64,000 bases of DNA, from assembly GCF_009914755.1 (NCBI RefSeq), contig NC_060925.1; one strand, given 5' to 3'. A program made the translations under genes and the position numbers. The DNA is from the human T2T-CHM13v2.0 reference genome, Homo sapiens. Below are positions 1 to 15,974 of this stretch, piece by piece. Each line of letters begins with the position of its first letter. Within the stretch, counting starts at the first letter, position 1. Under the pieces are notes generated by a model. That model saw only the letters and a program-made list of their open reading frames with translations, did no database searches and was not told the origin of the DNA.

Positions 1-3000
1 TTCAAATCTGGGAAGATTAAATAGAGATGGTGAATGTAAAAGAACCTGTGGGACCTGGCAGAGCAACTCTGATATTCTCCAGAGCAGCAGCAGACAGAAG
101 CTGGGGCTGTTTGCTTACTCCTCTCGCCCTGAACATTACCAACATGCAGGCTGGGACTGTGAGACAACGCCATCAGACAAGCGAGACGATGCCATCAGAC
201 AAGACAGGTGTTCCAGCGATTGCTCTAGGTAAGCCTCATTCTCTTTGTTCACTGGCAGCACCACCCCGCTCCACCCTGCGCCTCATTTGCAGAGTCCTCT
301 ACAAATGAACATGCAGCCTGCCTGGCACACCTGGCACAGCTCACCTGTATGCCGCCAAGCATGACAGACTGTCTTTGCTGTGGTTGTAAAGGCCTATTTT
401 CCCAAGAGGCTTCTTCTCCGGGGCCCTACAGCTTTCAGCGTGCACTTCAAACTCACTGAGGACTGAGTGACTTACAGTTTTCTCTGTGTGCTAAGCTGTT
501 AGATTGTTTCCATCTTTACACAGGCTGTTCCCTCCATTTCAGGCATCCTCTCTTCCAGGCTGAACCCGTTTTCATCAGATTATCTTTTACCAGTTCTTCA
601 GAAAGCAATTCAGGCCTCGTTTCTCCAGGAAGCCTTCTCTGGCCTCCACCTTTGATTTCGATGGTCTCCTTCATGTTCCCCAGCCCCCGTCTATGCCTCC
701 ACCTTGGTATATCATGCTCTATTGTAATTATTAATTTACTTTTCTTTCTCCGCGAATAGATGTACCCACAGAGCCTAGCAGTAAACCTGCAACAAAGTGG
801 TGGTTTGATCATTCTTATCAAATGTATGGCTTAAAAGTATTGTTCTTCTAAAATGTAAAAAGAGAATCAAATACAGGTCTGGCCAATGACAGTATATTTC
901 AAATGACAGGCAGGAACATGTCTTCCCAAGTCCTGATTTTTCTTTGAATGCACAGCTCTGACTTATCTGGCCTCTCTCCAGACCTTCATATGACTCTTCT
1001 CTAGTTAAGCCAATAGCAGGCTTCAAGCCAAAAACTCCTAGAAGTAGGAGTTTGCCAGGCAATAGTGCATGTGTGTTGGTTGCAAGAGGGTAAAAAAAAT
1101 ATTACAAAGATAACAGCCTGGGTGCAAGCTTGGAGAGTTTCAGGAACAGAAGAGGACAGCGTGGCAGAGCTGTGGGTTCAGTAAGTGAGGTCAAAGCGTG
1201 TGGACGTGTACCTGGCCGGCTAAGCAACAGTAGTTTCTTGGTGAATCTATCAGAGAAGGACTACTATACAACATAAGTCGGTGGGAGCAATGTATCTAAA
1301 GTGAGAATGAGTGAAGTAATGCTATCCCGCAATGACCACTAATTGAAATGCCAACAACTCCAAGTTGGCTAAGTGAAAAGAGAGTCTTACCTCAATTACC
1401 CTAAAAGAACATTCTAGAACTAGGTTAAGCTAACAGGAATAAGCATATGTGGAGGGTGTTTCTGGGAAAAGAAGTCTGTCAGAGGCAGGCAGAAGTATCA
1501 ATTGGAATGTGTCTCAGAGACAACCTAAGTTGACACCATATAAATAAATATTTCTGAAGATTGCAGCCAACTGATCTGAACTCTACTGCCACGTAAGGCA
1601 TATTAATTATTTTTAAACTAATAGAATTGGTGTGCATGTTCTTGAATCATTTAAAATTCTTATCTCCTCAAGAATCTGGAATTTTTGTTTGTGTTACCCC
1701 TAAATCCAAATTTCACAATGCTGAGGAGTCCATGGTTTTCAGGCATCATTACAAAATAACCAGCACTTCCTAACAGCTGGTGGCAGCAAAAATCTGAAAC
1801 TTATATTTCTCAGTTACAATGCCTACTTAAGAATCACCTCAAACCTTTAAGTACAATACAATGTGAGGGTTACTCAGAGGTACAGAGACTAGTGGTATGG
1901 TCAGGATTTCAACCGTACCATATAACCTGCATAATGAACAACTCAGACTTACCTCACTTGTTACTAAATATTTGCTTTATGTAAGGGAAAATTATCTTCA
2001 GCCAAAATGGTAGAGCACAACCAACTTAATATATATCCTAAGTGGCTTAGAGGCTAAGTACATAATCCCTTCAGCAGTAGCCTCAACTACATTTCTCTTA
2101 TTGTAGCTAGCTCTTGCACATTTAACCACCTTCATCTGTATTGTTAACTTGAAATTTTAAATGTGCATATTCCCAGAACGCATCAACTAATTTTTATCAT
2201 TCTTTCATTTGAAAATATCCTTGGAACATTAATGGTTGAAGAGATAAAGGATACCATGTTCCTAAGAGAATTTATTGTGACTCTTACACTCAGTGACTGG
2301 TTGTAACTGGGAAACTCAAAACCACAACTATATATGACTATAAAATGACAATGAAAATAGTTTATTCTATACTTGTAGGCTGTTTGACATTTTCCAGCTT
2401 GCCTTGATTTTATAAAAAGAAATGACCTTGAAAATAATTAAGCATATCAAAGGGTAAGGCTGTAGCTCACTGAAACACAGCAATATGTTCACGTCTTTAT
2501 AACACTGCTAAGCATTCATGAAATAGCAAGAGATTGTATTGCTCTTTAACCAAGTTCTACTTTAATTTTATAGGCTTATACATATTCACTACGAGGCCAT
2601 TCTAATCTTCACCTACCTGCATTCTTCTGAACTTGCAAATAAAGGCAATCAGGACTCTACCTGCTAGACTTGGAACAGATCAGATTTTGCAAGAGGCATC
2701 AGGGTCTGGTTGATTCTTTTTTTTTCCAGCCTGTGTTTAATGAGAGTGCTCTCAATAAAAACACAAATTCAGATTAGGTTTCTGTACTCAATGTTTATTA
2801 ATTTAGATACTCTTTAAAAGAGCATGTAAGCATCTTGAGAAATAAATTTAGCTACTGTCACTTTATAAAAGGAACAAGTGCAATTAAAAAAGAAACAGGA
2901 AATCGGCAATGATATGGAAGGAAAGTGCTTCTGAGACCTGGATGCTATCAGCCCCACTGCATACAACTGAGTGTGCTCCCTGCAGTGTTGCAAAGGGCTC

Positions 3001-3327
3001 AGAGAAATCACAACTGGCCAAATGTTAGAACCTTCCGCAGAGAAATAATGACAGAGGAAAGTCAGAATCTCCAAGAATGGAAGACCTAATGCTCGGAGAT
3101 CTGCAGACATCTTAATAAAAGGAATATTCAGGAGGGAAGGTGCCATTTTGACTTAGTTCAAGTTCTCTGCTGGGTTTCCTCCTCTACCCCCACCCTAGCA
3201 AGAGTCAACTCAGACCACAAAATTTAAATTAAAACACAAAATGTTTAGCTGGTTTCTCCCAACTTGAAAAGGGGTTGACCTGGGATCCCAGGTGAGAGAA
3301 AACGAGCTATATAAAAATAAGGCTTCT

Positions 3328-3649
<322 letters not shown>

Positions 3650-3821
3650 CTATTTCCAAACCACCAGGACCAGCCCCAGTGAGCCAAATCCTTAATGCTT
3701 ACATCTTTCCTCTTCCTACAACACATGGACGGGGGCATGTGAGTAACCAAGGAAGCCAGGCCCAAAGAGAAACTTCCTGGTGCCAGGATCATTTTGGGTG
3801 AGCCACTTGTTTTTTGCTCAT

Positions 3822-4560
3822 ACTGGATACGTGTGCCACGTGCCAGGCACACAGTCCTGAACAAGACTGATAACGTCTCTGCTCTCATGGAGTTTATGTT
3901 CTTGTGATGGGTGACAAATGGTAATAATGAAAGATTTTGGGAAGAGTATCAATCATGGAAAACATCTATTTATCAGTCCGTTCATTTACTTAACATAGGC
4001 TACTGTTGTGCAACAGGTCCCATGTTGGCTGCTGGAAGTATACAAAGGTAACTAAAACACAAGCTAACTTTGGGAGTCAGCCACACAGAGACGGTGAATG
4101 AAGCTACAGGAATCAGTAAGGTAACCCACAGACAGTGTGCAGAGAACAAACAAGGTGGCGAAAGAACCCCACCGACTGGGAAGACAGTAGTGCAGGAAGA
4201 AAACTAGGAGAGTATGGTGTCACCGAAGCCCAGGGAAAAGCGTTCCCGAAAGGGAGCGGTCCACAGGACACATGAAGTTAGAGTATCCGGAGGATTGAGC
4301 AACATGGAGATTGCTGCTCATCGCAACTACAGCAGTTTCAATTGAGTTAAGGACCTGAACGCCAGACTACAGCGGAGGTGACAAGAAGTAAGAAAGTGAA
4401 GACTAAAAATGTAAATAATTTCAGTTGTAATTGTGAAAGGAGAGATGATTCAAAGATAAGTAGAGGAAGAGGTGGAGCAAAGGCATTACTTCTTTTTTTC
4501 CCCTCCCTCGCTTTCTTCCTTCCTAAGAGGAAGACAGGCACATTTAAAGGCTAAAAAAGG
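3822..4560 (-). mobile_element. L2 fragments (old LINE)
   Basis: tgtgccaggcac...tctgctctcatggagtttatgttct and ggtgtcaccgaagcccagggaaaag resemble the L2 reverse complement; highly diverged. Confidence 0.55.
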
Positions 4561-5929
4561 TGAAAATAATTGAGACTAGATAACTAGTAGAGTGAGGTCC
4601 ATCAAATAATAAAAGAGTGAGCTCTAGAAAACAGGAAAAGACATCCTTGCCTTTGGGGATTTCGGGACAGAAAGAGGGAGGTTTGCTGATGCTTTCAGGG
4701 GTGAGGAGAGGTGAAGGGTTAAAAGTCGTCGAAACAATCTTCCACCTTATAGCCTCAGGCCAGGAAAACTCCCAGGCAAGATTGTGTGCAGCTGAAGAGG
4801 CCACCATGTACCAGTCACAGGTTTTTAAGGTGAGCTTAGATGCAAATGGTAAAAGTGAATAAAGGTCGGGGAGTGGAGAAGGTGGCTTGTCTGATTATTA
4901 AAGTTACTTACAGATATATATATCTGTTATATAGATATATGAAATTTTTACAATGAGACAATAAAGTAATATTTGGGTAAGAAAAATTCACACATTTTTA
5001 AGTAAAAATGTCCACTTCCCACTCTACATTAGGGTGAGAGGAGGCCCTGGCAATGCAGACAATGCTGAATCAATAATTTCAGTAACCTAAGAGGGCTGTC
5101 TAGAAGTAAATGGATCTACATGTGCACATCTGAATGGGAGAGATCAGGAATGTAGGTCAACAAGGGTCATCCTCGGTGACCCACACCCCCATTACCTACA
5201 CCAGACAAACTGCTTTGCTGCACTGTGGACTACGTTCCCCTCCCTTTTTTAAAAAAAAAAGAAGAAGAAAAGCACTATCTGTTTTCTTGCAACTCCTCAA
5301 GGATTTAGTGCAGTGTATGTGTCATGCTTCTGGGCAACTTGGAAAATAACCTGAGAACATCAAAGGTCTATACTGAACGTGAAAAACCCTCTGGGCACAG
5401 GCTGCACCAGGCCACACACTGCCACGTTCCCTTCACAGTCCTAAAGAAAAAAAGGTACATGTTTGTATAGGGTTCTTTCAGATTCTCTCACCGGAATCAT
5501 TTGCTCCAGCATGCATGACTGAAACCTACCCTGATTAGGAGGAGGATAAGATCATGCTGCCTGAGCACACATGTAAGTCTGGTAACACCCTACTCACTGT
5601 GTGAAAAAGCATTTTAGCTGTTGGCGTCACCAAAATGTAAGCCCTTTATTTGCTGAGTGTCTGCTAAATCAACATACAGCCTTCATATTTTGTCTGTTCC
5701 CCTGTTAATTCTTAAAGGTTGTTGGTTCCTGGAGTCTCGGCTGGAGTCTGGGAACCACGTCAGTCATTGTGCTTGTCCACACATGTAAAGTGCTCAAGAT
5801 AATGTTTGCCTATCACAGTGTTTGTTTAACTTGCTATTGGCCCAATAACATGCAAATATGTGCTCCATAAAAGCTGCAACTGACTGTAATACCTGAGAGC
5901 TAGGGGCCGCGGGATAACTTAGTCATTAT

Positions 5930-7110
<1,181 letters not shown>

Positions 7111-7175
7111 TTTTAAGCAAGGTACTCCAATATTCTTCTCTATGCATACTCCTTTAAACAGACAAAACGCAAAAC

Positions 7176-7375
7176 AGTGCGGTGGTTAGGAAGCTGTGCT
7201 ATGAAACCAGACTGCTTGGGTCTGTCCTGCAACTTAGTCACTATGAGACCTTGACAAAATTATCTCTCTGAGCCAAAATATCTTAAGAGTAAACCTCGTG
7301 GATATGTAGTAAATATTAAATAATCAATGTAATATACATATCATGGCATGTGACACATAGAAAAGCTATAAAATG
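7176..7375 (+). mobile_element. MIR
   Basis: cagtgcggtggttaggaagc...ccagactgcttgggtc...gaccttgacaaaattatctctctgagcc resembles the MIR core. Confidence 0.7.
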
Positions 7376-8778
7376 TTTCAAAAGCCAATAAAAGTATGCA
7401 CAGGTAGCACGTTCATGTAATTACTTGTGTACTTCCATAAGGATGGGAAAAATGCACGAACCTCTCCCAGATTCAGCCATGTAAGGGTAGAAGGAACTTC
7501 AGGGAGGAAGTCACAGGTTTTTTGCCTCCATGTTAAGACAAAAATGGCCCCATAATGAAAAGCACTGTGCAAAATATTAATTTTTAAATATCTTTTTAAC
7601 AACATAGGAAAGGCATTCTTCTACTTTTGCAAAGGAGGCAGAACCAAAATCTGTGAAGAACCTTTGGCTATACAGACACTCCACAGGGACCAAATCTCCT
7701 GCCCCATCACACATTCCTGGGAATTAAAAAGAATGGAGAACGTTTACAAGCTGCTGTACTTTATAATTGTTATTTCTTTGAAATGATTCTTTTTCTTTGT
7801 GAGAGGAAAATAAACCACAGTATATTGCTGAGAAGTATTAAGACTCATTCCTTTCTGCCCACACACAAAAATTCGTTGCACCCGGAGGAATCATGTCAAG
7901 CAGTCCACCTGCTTGGGTCTAAAAGTCATGTATATTGTTCTGACAAGTCTACCTTGCTGCCAATATGCTTTTGCCGTCTTTAGAAAGGAGTGTTTAGTAA
8001 AACAAATGATGCCTATACAGTGTCCATGTACAAAGGCCCCTGTGTTCCAGTTCTATCCCATACTTGAAAAACAAAGGCTCTTTCAGGGTAGGGGGTTCAA
8101 TATCACCTGCTATGTACTCTGGTCCAATTAAATTTCCCATTTGTAATACACAATTTTATACCTATAATTCTTTCTGTCATTTTACATTGCTTTAATATGA
8201 AAAGAAGTCTCTGCTTCACTTGAATTCCTTAGAGAGCCTGGCTTTTCTAAAAGCTTGTGTGTCCGTCCCTACATCCCTCCCACCTACACCAAATTTAAAC
8301 CTTGACAGACTAATACATTGGATAGCAATCCAGGCAGTCTGCAAAAGACAGATGCCAAGGCCCAGGAGTCACGGGTAAGCTCATGTTTATCTTCCACACT
8401 GCAACGAATAGATAGGATGGAAGAGGTAGTCAGAAATTAGTAAGCCAAGATGAAAAACGCCAAAGTTAATTTAACAAATATAGAGAAGGAAAATTGGTCA
8501 AAGTCAGTTACAGGGCAAAAGACTTTCTTTCAAAAAAAAAAAAAAAAAAAAAAAAACCTCTAACAATATATGTGAAAAGGGCAAAGCTTAAAAAGCTGGA
8601 CTATCTAAGAAACAAAATAATGTTCCTGGAGTAGCAAACAGAAGTCCTGTTTGCTCTTCTTGGGACAAATGCTCTTGCTTGTCCCAGATCACAGGTGAAA
8701 AAAGATACTTCCAGGCAGAATAACAATGGATAGCACTGGGAGTCTCAAGTTTGAGTTCCAGCTCTAAAGATACAGCAA

Positions 8779-9084
<306 letters not shown>

Positions 9085-10847
9085 TCAGTCTAAAATGTAC
9101 CTATAAACTCATTTTTCACAGATTATGGAAATATTTTTGATTTTCAAGTTTTGATAACAAAACTAGAATGTGTTACAGTTTAATTCTGAGTCTGCATCGT
9201 TCTTGGTTTTTGATCATTATAGAAAATACAGAAAACACAGAATAAGGAAAAAAGAGAATGTGACATAGTACAACTTAAGAAAAAATAATTTGGGTGTTAT
9301 TTCCTCACTATCAAAAACAATAATTAAATAATATATTTTTCATTAACCTAAAATGAAGAATTTAACACAATGATTTTCTCCCCCTCCTAGAAATATGCTC
9401 AATTAAAAATATCAGAATAGTGTGATATATATTATGTATGAAATATAATCCAACTAATACTGCAGCATGGTTAGTTTCCATATTACTAAATATGCCTCAT
9501 GGTTGCATGTAGCTTCCCTTTACATTTATTTATAATTCATTTAACCACTCCCACACTCATTACTTTTTTTTTTTTTTTGCTATTAAAAAAAAGTATAATT
9601 ACTGCTTTCACCAAACAAGGATTGCTATGAATAATTTTTTCTTAATTTTAATTTTTCTTTTTTTATTGGCCTACTTAGGAATTCTACTATGAGTAATTTT
9701 TGACTCGATAAATATTTCTAAATTTGCTTGTCTCAAAATATAAATCAATTTACACAAAAACGGTAGTAATACAAGACTGCCTGTCTTAAACTCTCCCTAA
9801 GATTTGGGCATTAACATTTCTTGTTCATTTTTGTCAAATGGCATTTCACTATTTACCTTTCATTCTTCCAAATGAACACTAAAAAATTACCTGGAAAACT
9901 GCTTTCAAGAAACGTAGTCGAGAAAGACTGACACGTTATAATGCTCAGTCTTATCATCTACAAACATACTATGTCTTTCCAAGTAATCTTCTACATTTCT
10001 TAAAGCTCGTAGACTTCTTATTTTCCTGCACTGTTTGTGACCGCTAAATACTGTATTTTGCAAAACCTTTCAGTTTTTTTATATGCAAAATTCATGTTAT
10101 TTTTCAAACAACCCTCTAATTTTTTTTAAACCAGAAGATTATTTTCTATGGTTTCATAGTCTACAAATTACTACTTTCAGATTATCAATTTCTGAGTATA
10201 CTTTGTTTCTTTCAGTACATGTTATGGTTCTCTATTCTAGTTTTCTAAGTGGTTTTGATTTCTACTTTGGTCTAATAGAGTTTCTGTGCTCCCACGCATT
10301 GGGTGAGGTAGAACCAATGCTGTCTGTGTACAATCAAGAATTGATTTTGGTAAACGTTTCAAAGATAACTGAAAAAAAGGTATATTTCTTTTATAAAAGA
10401 TATCAAGTTTATCCTATCAATTGTTTTTTATCTTAAATTATTTTTATATGACATTAATATAATCCCTCCTTTCTTTGAATTTCTCTGATTCACCTTTGCA
10501 TATCCTTTTGCTTTAAATCATAACATTTTAGATCATTCTTTTTCCAGAGGGATGGGGGTAGGGAGTGCCGGTGTCATCACTGGAAAAGAGCTTACACCTG
10601 AGAGTACTGGAGTCATGTCTTCTTAACAGAGACACCTGCCAAGAAATTCATTGTTAGGTGATTTTGTCCTTGTGTCAACATCATAGACACACTAACGCAA
10701 ACCTAGATGAGACAGTCTACTACACACCTGGGCTACATGATATTGCCTATTGCTCCTAGGCTACAAACCTGTACAGTATGTTCTTGTACTGAATACTATA
10801 GGCAGTTGTAATACAATGGTAGGTATTTATGTATCTACACTTATCTA

Positions 10848-11180
<333 letters not shown>

Positions 11181-11287
11181 TATGAAAGATAAAAATGGTA
11201 TACCTATGTAGAGCACTGACCATGAATGGAGCTTGCAGGACTACAAGTTGCTCTCCGTGAATGAGCGAGTGGCAGGTGAATGTGAAG

Positions 11288-12530
11288 GCCTAGAACACTC
11301 ACTGTACTCTACTGTAGACTATCCACACTGCACGCTTAGGCTACACAGGCCTAGAACACTCACTGTTCTCTACTGTAGACTTTATCAACACCACACACTT
11401 AGGCTACACAGGCCTAGAACACTCACTGTTCTCTACTGCAGACTATCCACACTGTACGCTTAGGCTACACAGGCCTAGAACACTCACTGTACTCTACTGT
11501 AGACTTTATCAACACTGCACACTTAGGCTACACAGGCCTAGAACACTCACTGTACTGTAGACTTTATCAACACTACACACTTAGGCTACACAGGCCTAGA
11601 ACACTCACTGTTCTCTACTGCAGACTATCCACACTGTACGCTTAGGCTACACAGGCCTAGAACACTCACTGTTCTCTACTGTAGACTTTATCAACACTGC
11701 ACACTTAGGCTACACAGGCCTAGAACACTCACTGTACTCTACTGTAGACTTTATCAACACTACACACTTAGGCTACACAGGCCTAGAACACTCACTGTAC
11801 TCTACTGTAGACTTTATCAACACTACACACTTAGGCTACACAGGCCTAGAACACTCACTGTTCTCTACTGCAGACTATCCACACTGTACGCTTAGGCTAC
11901 ACAGGCCTAGAACACTCACTGTACTCTACTGTAGACTTTATCAACACTGTACACTTAGGCTACACAGGCCTAGAACACTCACTGTACTCTACTGTAGACT
12001 TTATCAACACTACACACTTAGGCTACACAGGCCTAGAACACTCACTGTACTGTACTGTAGACTTTATCAACACTACACACTTATGCTACACAGGCCTAGA
12101 ACACTCACTGTACTCTACTGTAGACTTTATCAACACTGTACGCTTAGGCTACACAGGCCTAGAACACTCACTGTACTCTACTGTAGACTTTATCAACACC
12201 GCACACTTAGGCTACACAGGCCTAGAACACTCACTGTACTCTACTGTAGACTTTATCAACACTACACACTTAGGCTACACAGGCCTAGAACACTCACTGT
12301 TCTCTACTGCAGACTATCCACACTGTACGCTTAGGCTACACAGGCCTAGAACACTCACTGTACTCTACTGTAGACTTCATCAACACTACACACTTAGGCT
12401 ACACCGGCCTAGAACACTCACTGTACTCTACTGTAGACTTTATCAACACTACACACTTAGGCTACACAGGCCTAGAACACTCACTGTATTCTACTCTAGA
12501 CTTTATCGACGCTGTACACTTAGGCTACAC
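11288..12530. repeat. Minisatellite/VNTR, 20 units of mostly 63 or 61 bp
   Basis: Unit ggcctagaacactcactgtactctactgtagactttatcaacactacacacttaggctacaca counted 20 times; 61-bp variant at units 1, 3, 6, 10 and 17; one 58-bp unit. Confidence 0.98.
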
Positions 12531-12966
12531 TACATTTATTAAAAATCTTTTTCTTTCTTCAGTAATAAATTAAGCTTAGCTTACTGTAACTTTTTACTTT
12601 ATAAACTTTTTTTAACCTTTTGACTCTTGTAATAATACTTACCTTAAAACACTAACACATTGTTCAGCTGTATGAAAACATTTCCTTTTTTATAACCTTA
12701 TTCTATAAGCTTTGAACTATTTTTAAATTTTTTTTACTTTTTAAACTTTTTGTTAAAAACGACGACACAAACACACACATTAGTCTATGCCTACACAGGG
12801 TCGGGGTCATGAATAGCACTGTCTTCCACCTCCATATCAGATCTCACTGGAAAGTATTCAGGGTCAATAAAGGCATGGAGCTGTCAGCTCTTATGATAAC
12901 AATGCCTTCTCTGGAATACCTCCTAAAGGAACTACCTGAGGCTGTTTACAGTTAATTTTTTAATGC

Positions 12967-13262
12967 TTTTTTTTTCTGAGACAGGGTCTTGCTTTCCTGC
13001 CCTGGCTGAAGTGCAGTAGCGGGATCATAGCTCACATAAACCTCAAACTCCTGGGCTCAAGCTATCCTCCCACCTCGGCCTCCTGAGTACCCAGGACTAC
13101 AGGTGCGTGTCACCACACCTGACTATTTTTTATTTTTATTTTTGCAGACACAGGGTCTCATTATGCTACTCAGATTGGTCTCAAACTCCTTATGTCAAGC
13201 AATCCTTCTACCTCAGGCTCCCAAAGGGCTGGGACTACAGGCATGAGCCACTGCATCTGGCC
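12967..13262 (-). mobile_element. AluJ inside the Tigger
   Basis: Alu reverse complement with J-type features (ctcctgggctcaagctatcctcccacctc). Confidence 0.93.
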
Positions 13263-13591
13263 AACTTTATTTTTTTTAATAAGTAGAAGGAGTGTGCTCT
13301 AAGGATAAAAGTATAATATAGTAAATATATAAACGAGCAACACAGTCATTTCTTATCACTATCAAGTATTATATATGGCACAGAATTACATGTGCTACAC
13401 TTTGATAGAACTGGCAGTACCGTAGGGTTTTTAATACCAGGTTCACCACAAACACGAGTAATGTGTTGTCTGTGGAGTTATGACAGGTGGTAGAAAGTTC
13501 CCCGCTCTATTATAATATTATGGGACCAGCATTGTATACACAGTCCATCCTTAACCAAAACATCATTATGCTGCCATGACAACATTTGTTT

Positions 13592-13888
13592 GGTTTTCTT
13601 GTTTGTTGTTTGTTTTTAAGACCAGGTCTGGCCCTGTCGCCCAGGTTGGAGTGCAGTGGCACAATTAAAGCCCACTGCAGCCTCTGCCTCCCAGGCTCAA
13701 GAAATTCTCCTACCTCAGCCTCTTGAGTAGCTGGGACTACAGGCACATGCCACCACGCCTGACTAATTTTTGTATTTTTAGTAGAGATGGGGTTTCACTA
13801 TGTTGGCCAGGCTGGTCTCAAACTCCTGAGTTCAGGTGACCCTCCCGCCTTGGCCTCCCAAAATGCTGGAATTACAGGTACACACCGC
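13592..13888 (-). mobile_element. Alu (AluJ/old AluS) at the Tigger terminus
   Basis: Alu reverse complement; TSD catgacaacatttgttt (13575) / catgactacatttgttt (13891) duplicates the transposon end. Confidence 0.92.
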
Positions 13889-15680
13889 TGCATGACTACA
13901 TTTGTTTCTTAACAGTGGATCTATTCCAGGAGAGTGGAGTCTCAACAATTACTAATTATTAGTTATAATATATCTGCCTTTCTTCTTCACACTTTCATCT
14001 GGTAAGCACCTGATAAACTGAAATAACGTTTGCTCTGATCACCAGTCGATGAATCTCTGCTGCTTTTAGAAATATCTAAAATATTACAATACTTTCTAAG
14101 GTCATGAAAATCTTTTAGGTATTAATGAGAGTGTGGGTTACATGAATATGCATTTATCTATACTCAAATATCATCAAATTATATCCTTAAATATACACAT
14201 TTTATCATTTATACAATACACCTCAAAGTTCAGAAATTATTGGGGGAAAAACTAAGTATAGCTCAAGGAGTAACTGCGCCTGTGCCCTATGTAGAAAACG
14301 CACTGGTGATACAGACAAACATTCATTTATTTACAAAATCGTATTTGAGTAGAAAATATTGTGTCATCGTATTTTGTAACATGGTAAATATCCCTTTATA
14401 TTGCACCAAAAATTAGAGTCAGGCTTCAAGATGATTTTTACATACCTTATTATAATAAACTTAGTATTATCCAACTGATAGGAGATAAAACAAAAAGCAC
14501 CACTGGGAGAGGTTTACAATTCAGGTAAAATAAATGCTTTGTTCTTTGAGATCTGGAGTAATAACTGTCTGCTTATTAAACAAAAAGGTTATTTTTTCCT
14601 ATGCATAACCTTTACAGTACAGAAGTACTCCAGACTTGAAAATCCCTCTACCACCTGAGGATTAAAACACTTTAAATATTCAAATCTAACTTCTTAAGTT
14701 TGAACTATACTTTCCATCACAGATCTGGAAGTAGTCTGTGAACTATCGAGGAAGACAGGGCCATTCACAGGGTGGTCATTCACTCAATTTGGGGAAACAG
14801 AGTATCTTCTAATCTGTTAGGATTTTGCTGAATGACATTTGCTAGGGGAAAGTTTTAAACATTTATTGCCGACACTCCAGGAAAATAGAGGGTAATTTAC
14901 TGGCATGTGTGATTGTCAAGTGGGAGAATATGTCAATCACCTAATTATCATTATTCATTAAGGAGGGCTTTCAAATACATTGTAAATGAAACATGTGTAA
15001 AGTAGCCATGAATTCCAAGTATATTATACTGTGCAGACACAGAATAAAAACTTTTTTCAAAATACATAATTTACTTGAAGGAGTTTCCTTTCTTAAATAC
15101 ATTCTCTATGAAAAGCAATTTGTACTGACTCAAGTTACCACATCTTCCATGGTCCTTTTAGAAGAGATATTTATTCAAAAGCAGAAAGATAATGGAAACC
15201 AAGTGTTTTACTCTAAGCTAATGTTACACAAAATCACTAAGATAATTTTTTATTTCGTTCCAGTACTCTCCTTTCCATTGAGTCCTCCAGGCCTCAACCC
15301 AAACCCCCTCACCAGTAACCACAAAATAATAATTCTTTTTTATCTGCTACTTAGTCTCAGAAACAAACTGTGGAGTCCCAAAATCAGGTCAGCTGACAAA
15401 ATTAGCCTTCCTCAACTACACCCATAAGTACCAGTGGATCCAGGCCATTCCTACATCCATTCACCACTGTCCGGCTCTTAAGAAGGACTATATTTAGCTC
15501 TTCAGAGCCCTTGGCAGAAAGAGATAAACATTAAAAAACAAAACATTATTTTGAACTGAATTGATACCGTAACAAAAAAGTAACATTTGACTCTTTAAAA
15601 CATTGGAAAACACTTACATGGTCTGACCCTCAGCAACACGAAAACATATTCGAAGCAATGAGATTAATGCTTATATAGGC

Positions 15681-15974
15681 TTTTGTTTGTTTTGAGACAA
15701 GGTCTTGCTGTGGCCCAGACTGGAATGCAGTGGCGCAAGATCACAGCTCACTGCAGCCTTGACCTCCCGGGCTCAGGCAACTCTCCTACCACAGCCTCCT
15801 GAGTAGCTGGGCCCACAGGTGCGTGCCAACATGCCTGGCAAATTACTGTATTTTTTGCAGAGACAGGGTTTTGCCATGTTGTCCAGGCTGGTCTGAAACT
15901 CCTGAGCTCAAGCAACCTGCTCACCTCGGCCTCCCAAAGTGTTGGGATTACAGATGTGAGCCACCACACCAGCC
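15681..15974 (-). mobile_element. AluJ
   Basis: Alu reverse complement, J-type (ctcactgcagccttgacctcccgggctca). Confidence 0.93.

Noticed and set aside
1947-1965. Perfect minus-strand donor GAG|GTAAGT at 1953
   Set aside because: No convincing upstream acceptor or reading frame; isolated consensus donors are expected by chance in 64 kb
11233-12334. ORFs with RLHRPRTLTVLYCRLYQH repeats
   Set aside because: By-product of the 63-bp VNTR unit; frames are broken by the 61-bp units
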